Source: Asterias rubens (Eukaryota). Taken from it: a DNA stretch of 64,000 nucleotides. Under the pieces are notes generated by a model. That model worked only from the letters and a program-made list of their open reading frames with translations, ran no database searches and was not told where the DNA came from. Made by a program: the position numbers and the translations under genes. The stretch is taken from the NCBI RefSeq assembly GCF_902459465.1, contig NC_047083.1, positions 8,556,001 through 8,620,000 on the forward strand, given 5' to 3'. Positions 63,197 through 64,000 of this stretch are shown here, one piece after another (position 1 is the stretch's first letter; each line of letters opens with the position of its first letter).

Positions 63197-64000
63197 CTGG
63201 GAAAATTAGAACAAATAAAAACATTGACCCTTAACTTGTTTACTTCATATTTTACAACAACATCCTGAAGGCAATACTTCTTCAAAAGACACATTTTCTT
63301 AGAAACCAAGATAAGAAAGTATAACCACTGCAAGTCCTGCAAGTGGAGATTGGATTGTGGTGTTGGTGTGTGTTGATGATGTGGTTTCAAATCACCTCAT
63401 CATCCCACGGCTATTAGCAACTCACACCACTGTACCTCAAACAATGAGGGAACAATAATAATCAGGCTTAGCATGCAACCTATTAGCTGATTTCCTCTTT
63501 TTTTTCAAAACAGAGCAGTAGAAAACTGAAAAACAGTATACAAAAGTTAAGTGTGATCGGACATTCCTCTTTTTTTTTCAATAAGAAAGTTGCATGTCTG
63601 AATAATTATACAACAGCATGCTTTAATATTGTGTAATTACTGAGTATTGGATGGAGTTCCATAGGGTTTTATTGGGAGAGGACTTTGGACCATCGATGTT
63701 GTAATGACAGGTTTATGTTGCAATGCCTCTATACTAAACGTGACCAAATATGGCTCCATTCTTTTATGATATTTTGATTTTGGACCATGTTTCTACAGTT
63801 CATCAACTTATATAGGGCAAGGCCTAGATCTGATAAATTCTAAACTCTTTCGAAACATCCGACTTTCGTGGAACCCTTCCTTCCTAACGACTTAATTCGT
63901 GTTCCAGTCATCCGGTACCTCCCCGCATCAAGAACTCTCCTCTGTCACCTCGGGATATATTATTCGCAAGCTCTAATGAAACACGTGTTGTTTACACCTG

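Noticed and set aside
63200-64000. Upstream coding exon of SPDEF
   Set aside because: No segment with convincing splice sites and an open phase-0 frame; it is probably beyond the window.

Overview
Eukaryotic, intron-rich, AT-rich animal DNA. Gene orthology and repeat content suggest an invertebrate deuterostome, probably a sea star or other echinoderm (inference). Five conserved genes reconstruct exon by exon with phase-consistent GT-AG junctions: GTF2H1/TFIIH p62 (-, 3' end outside the window), PIFO/CIMAP3 (+), EIF3M (-, complete, 377 aa), SYCP3 (+, complete, 252 aa) and SPDEF/Ets4 (-, 5' end not resolved). The most unusual part is 9-21 kb: a tandem cluster of small secreted Kunitz/BPTI genes carrying four Kunitz exons. 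All four have P1 Arg and a shortened Cys2-Cys3 loop. The two promoters hold 2 versus 4 copies of a CCAAT-TGCGTCA-octamer module, and one signal-peptide exon appears to serve three Kunitz exons. The 37-44 kb region holds a weakly supported orphan multi-exon ORF, nested MITEs and a decayed DIRS-like gag. The window also has many non-autonomous DNA transposons with readable target-site duplications (TTAA, CWG, 6, 8 and 9 bp), tRNA-derived SINEs, Penelope-like ends and a 5'-truncated CR1/L2-group LINE. All family assignments come from recalled sequence features, not database searches.
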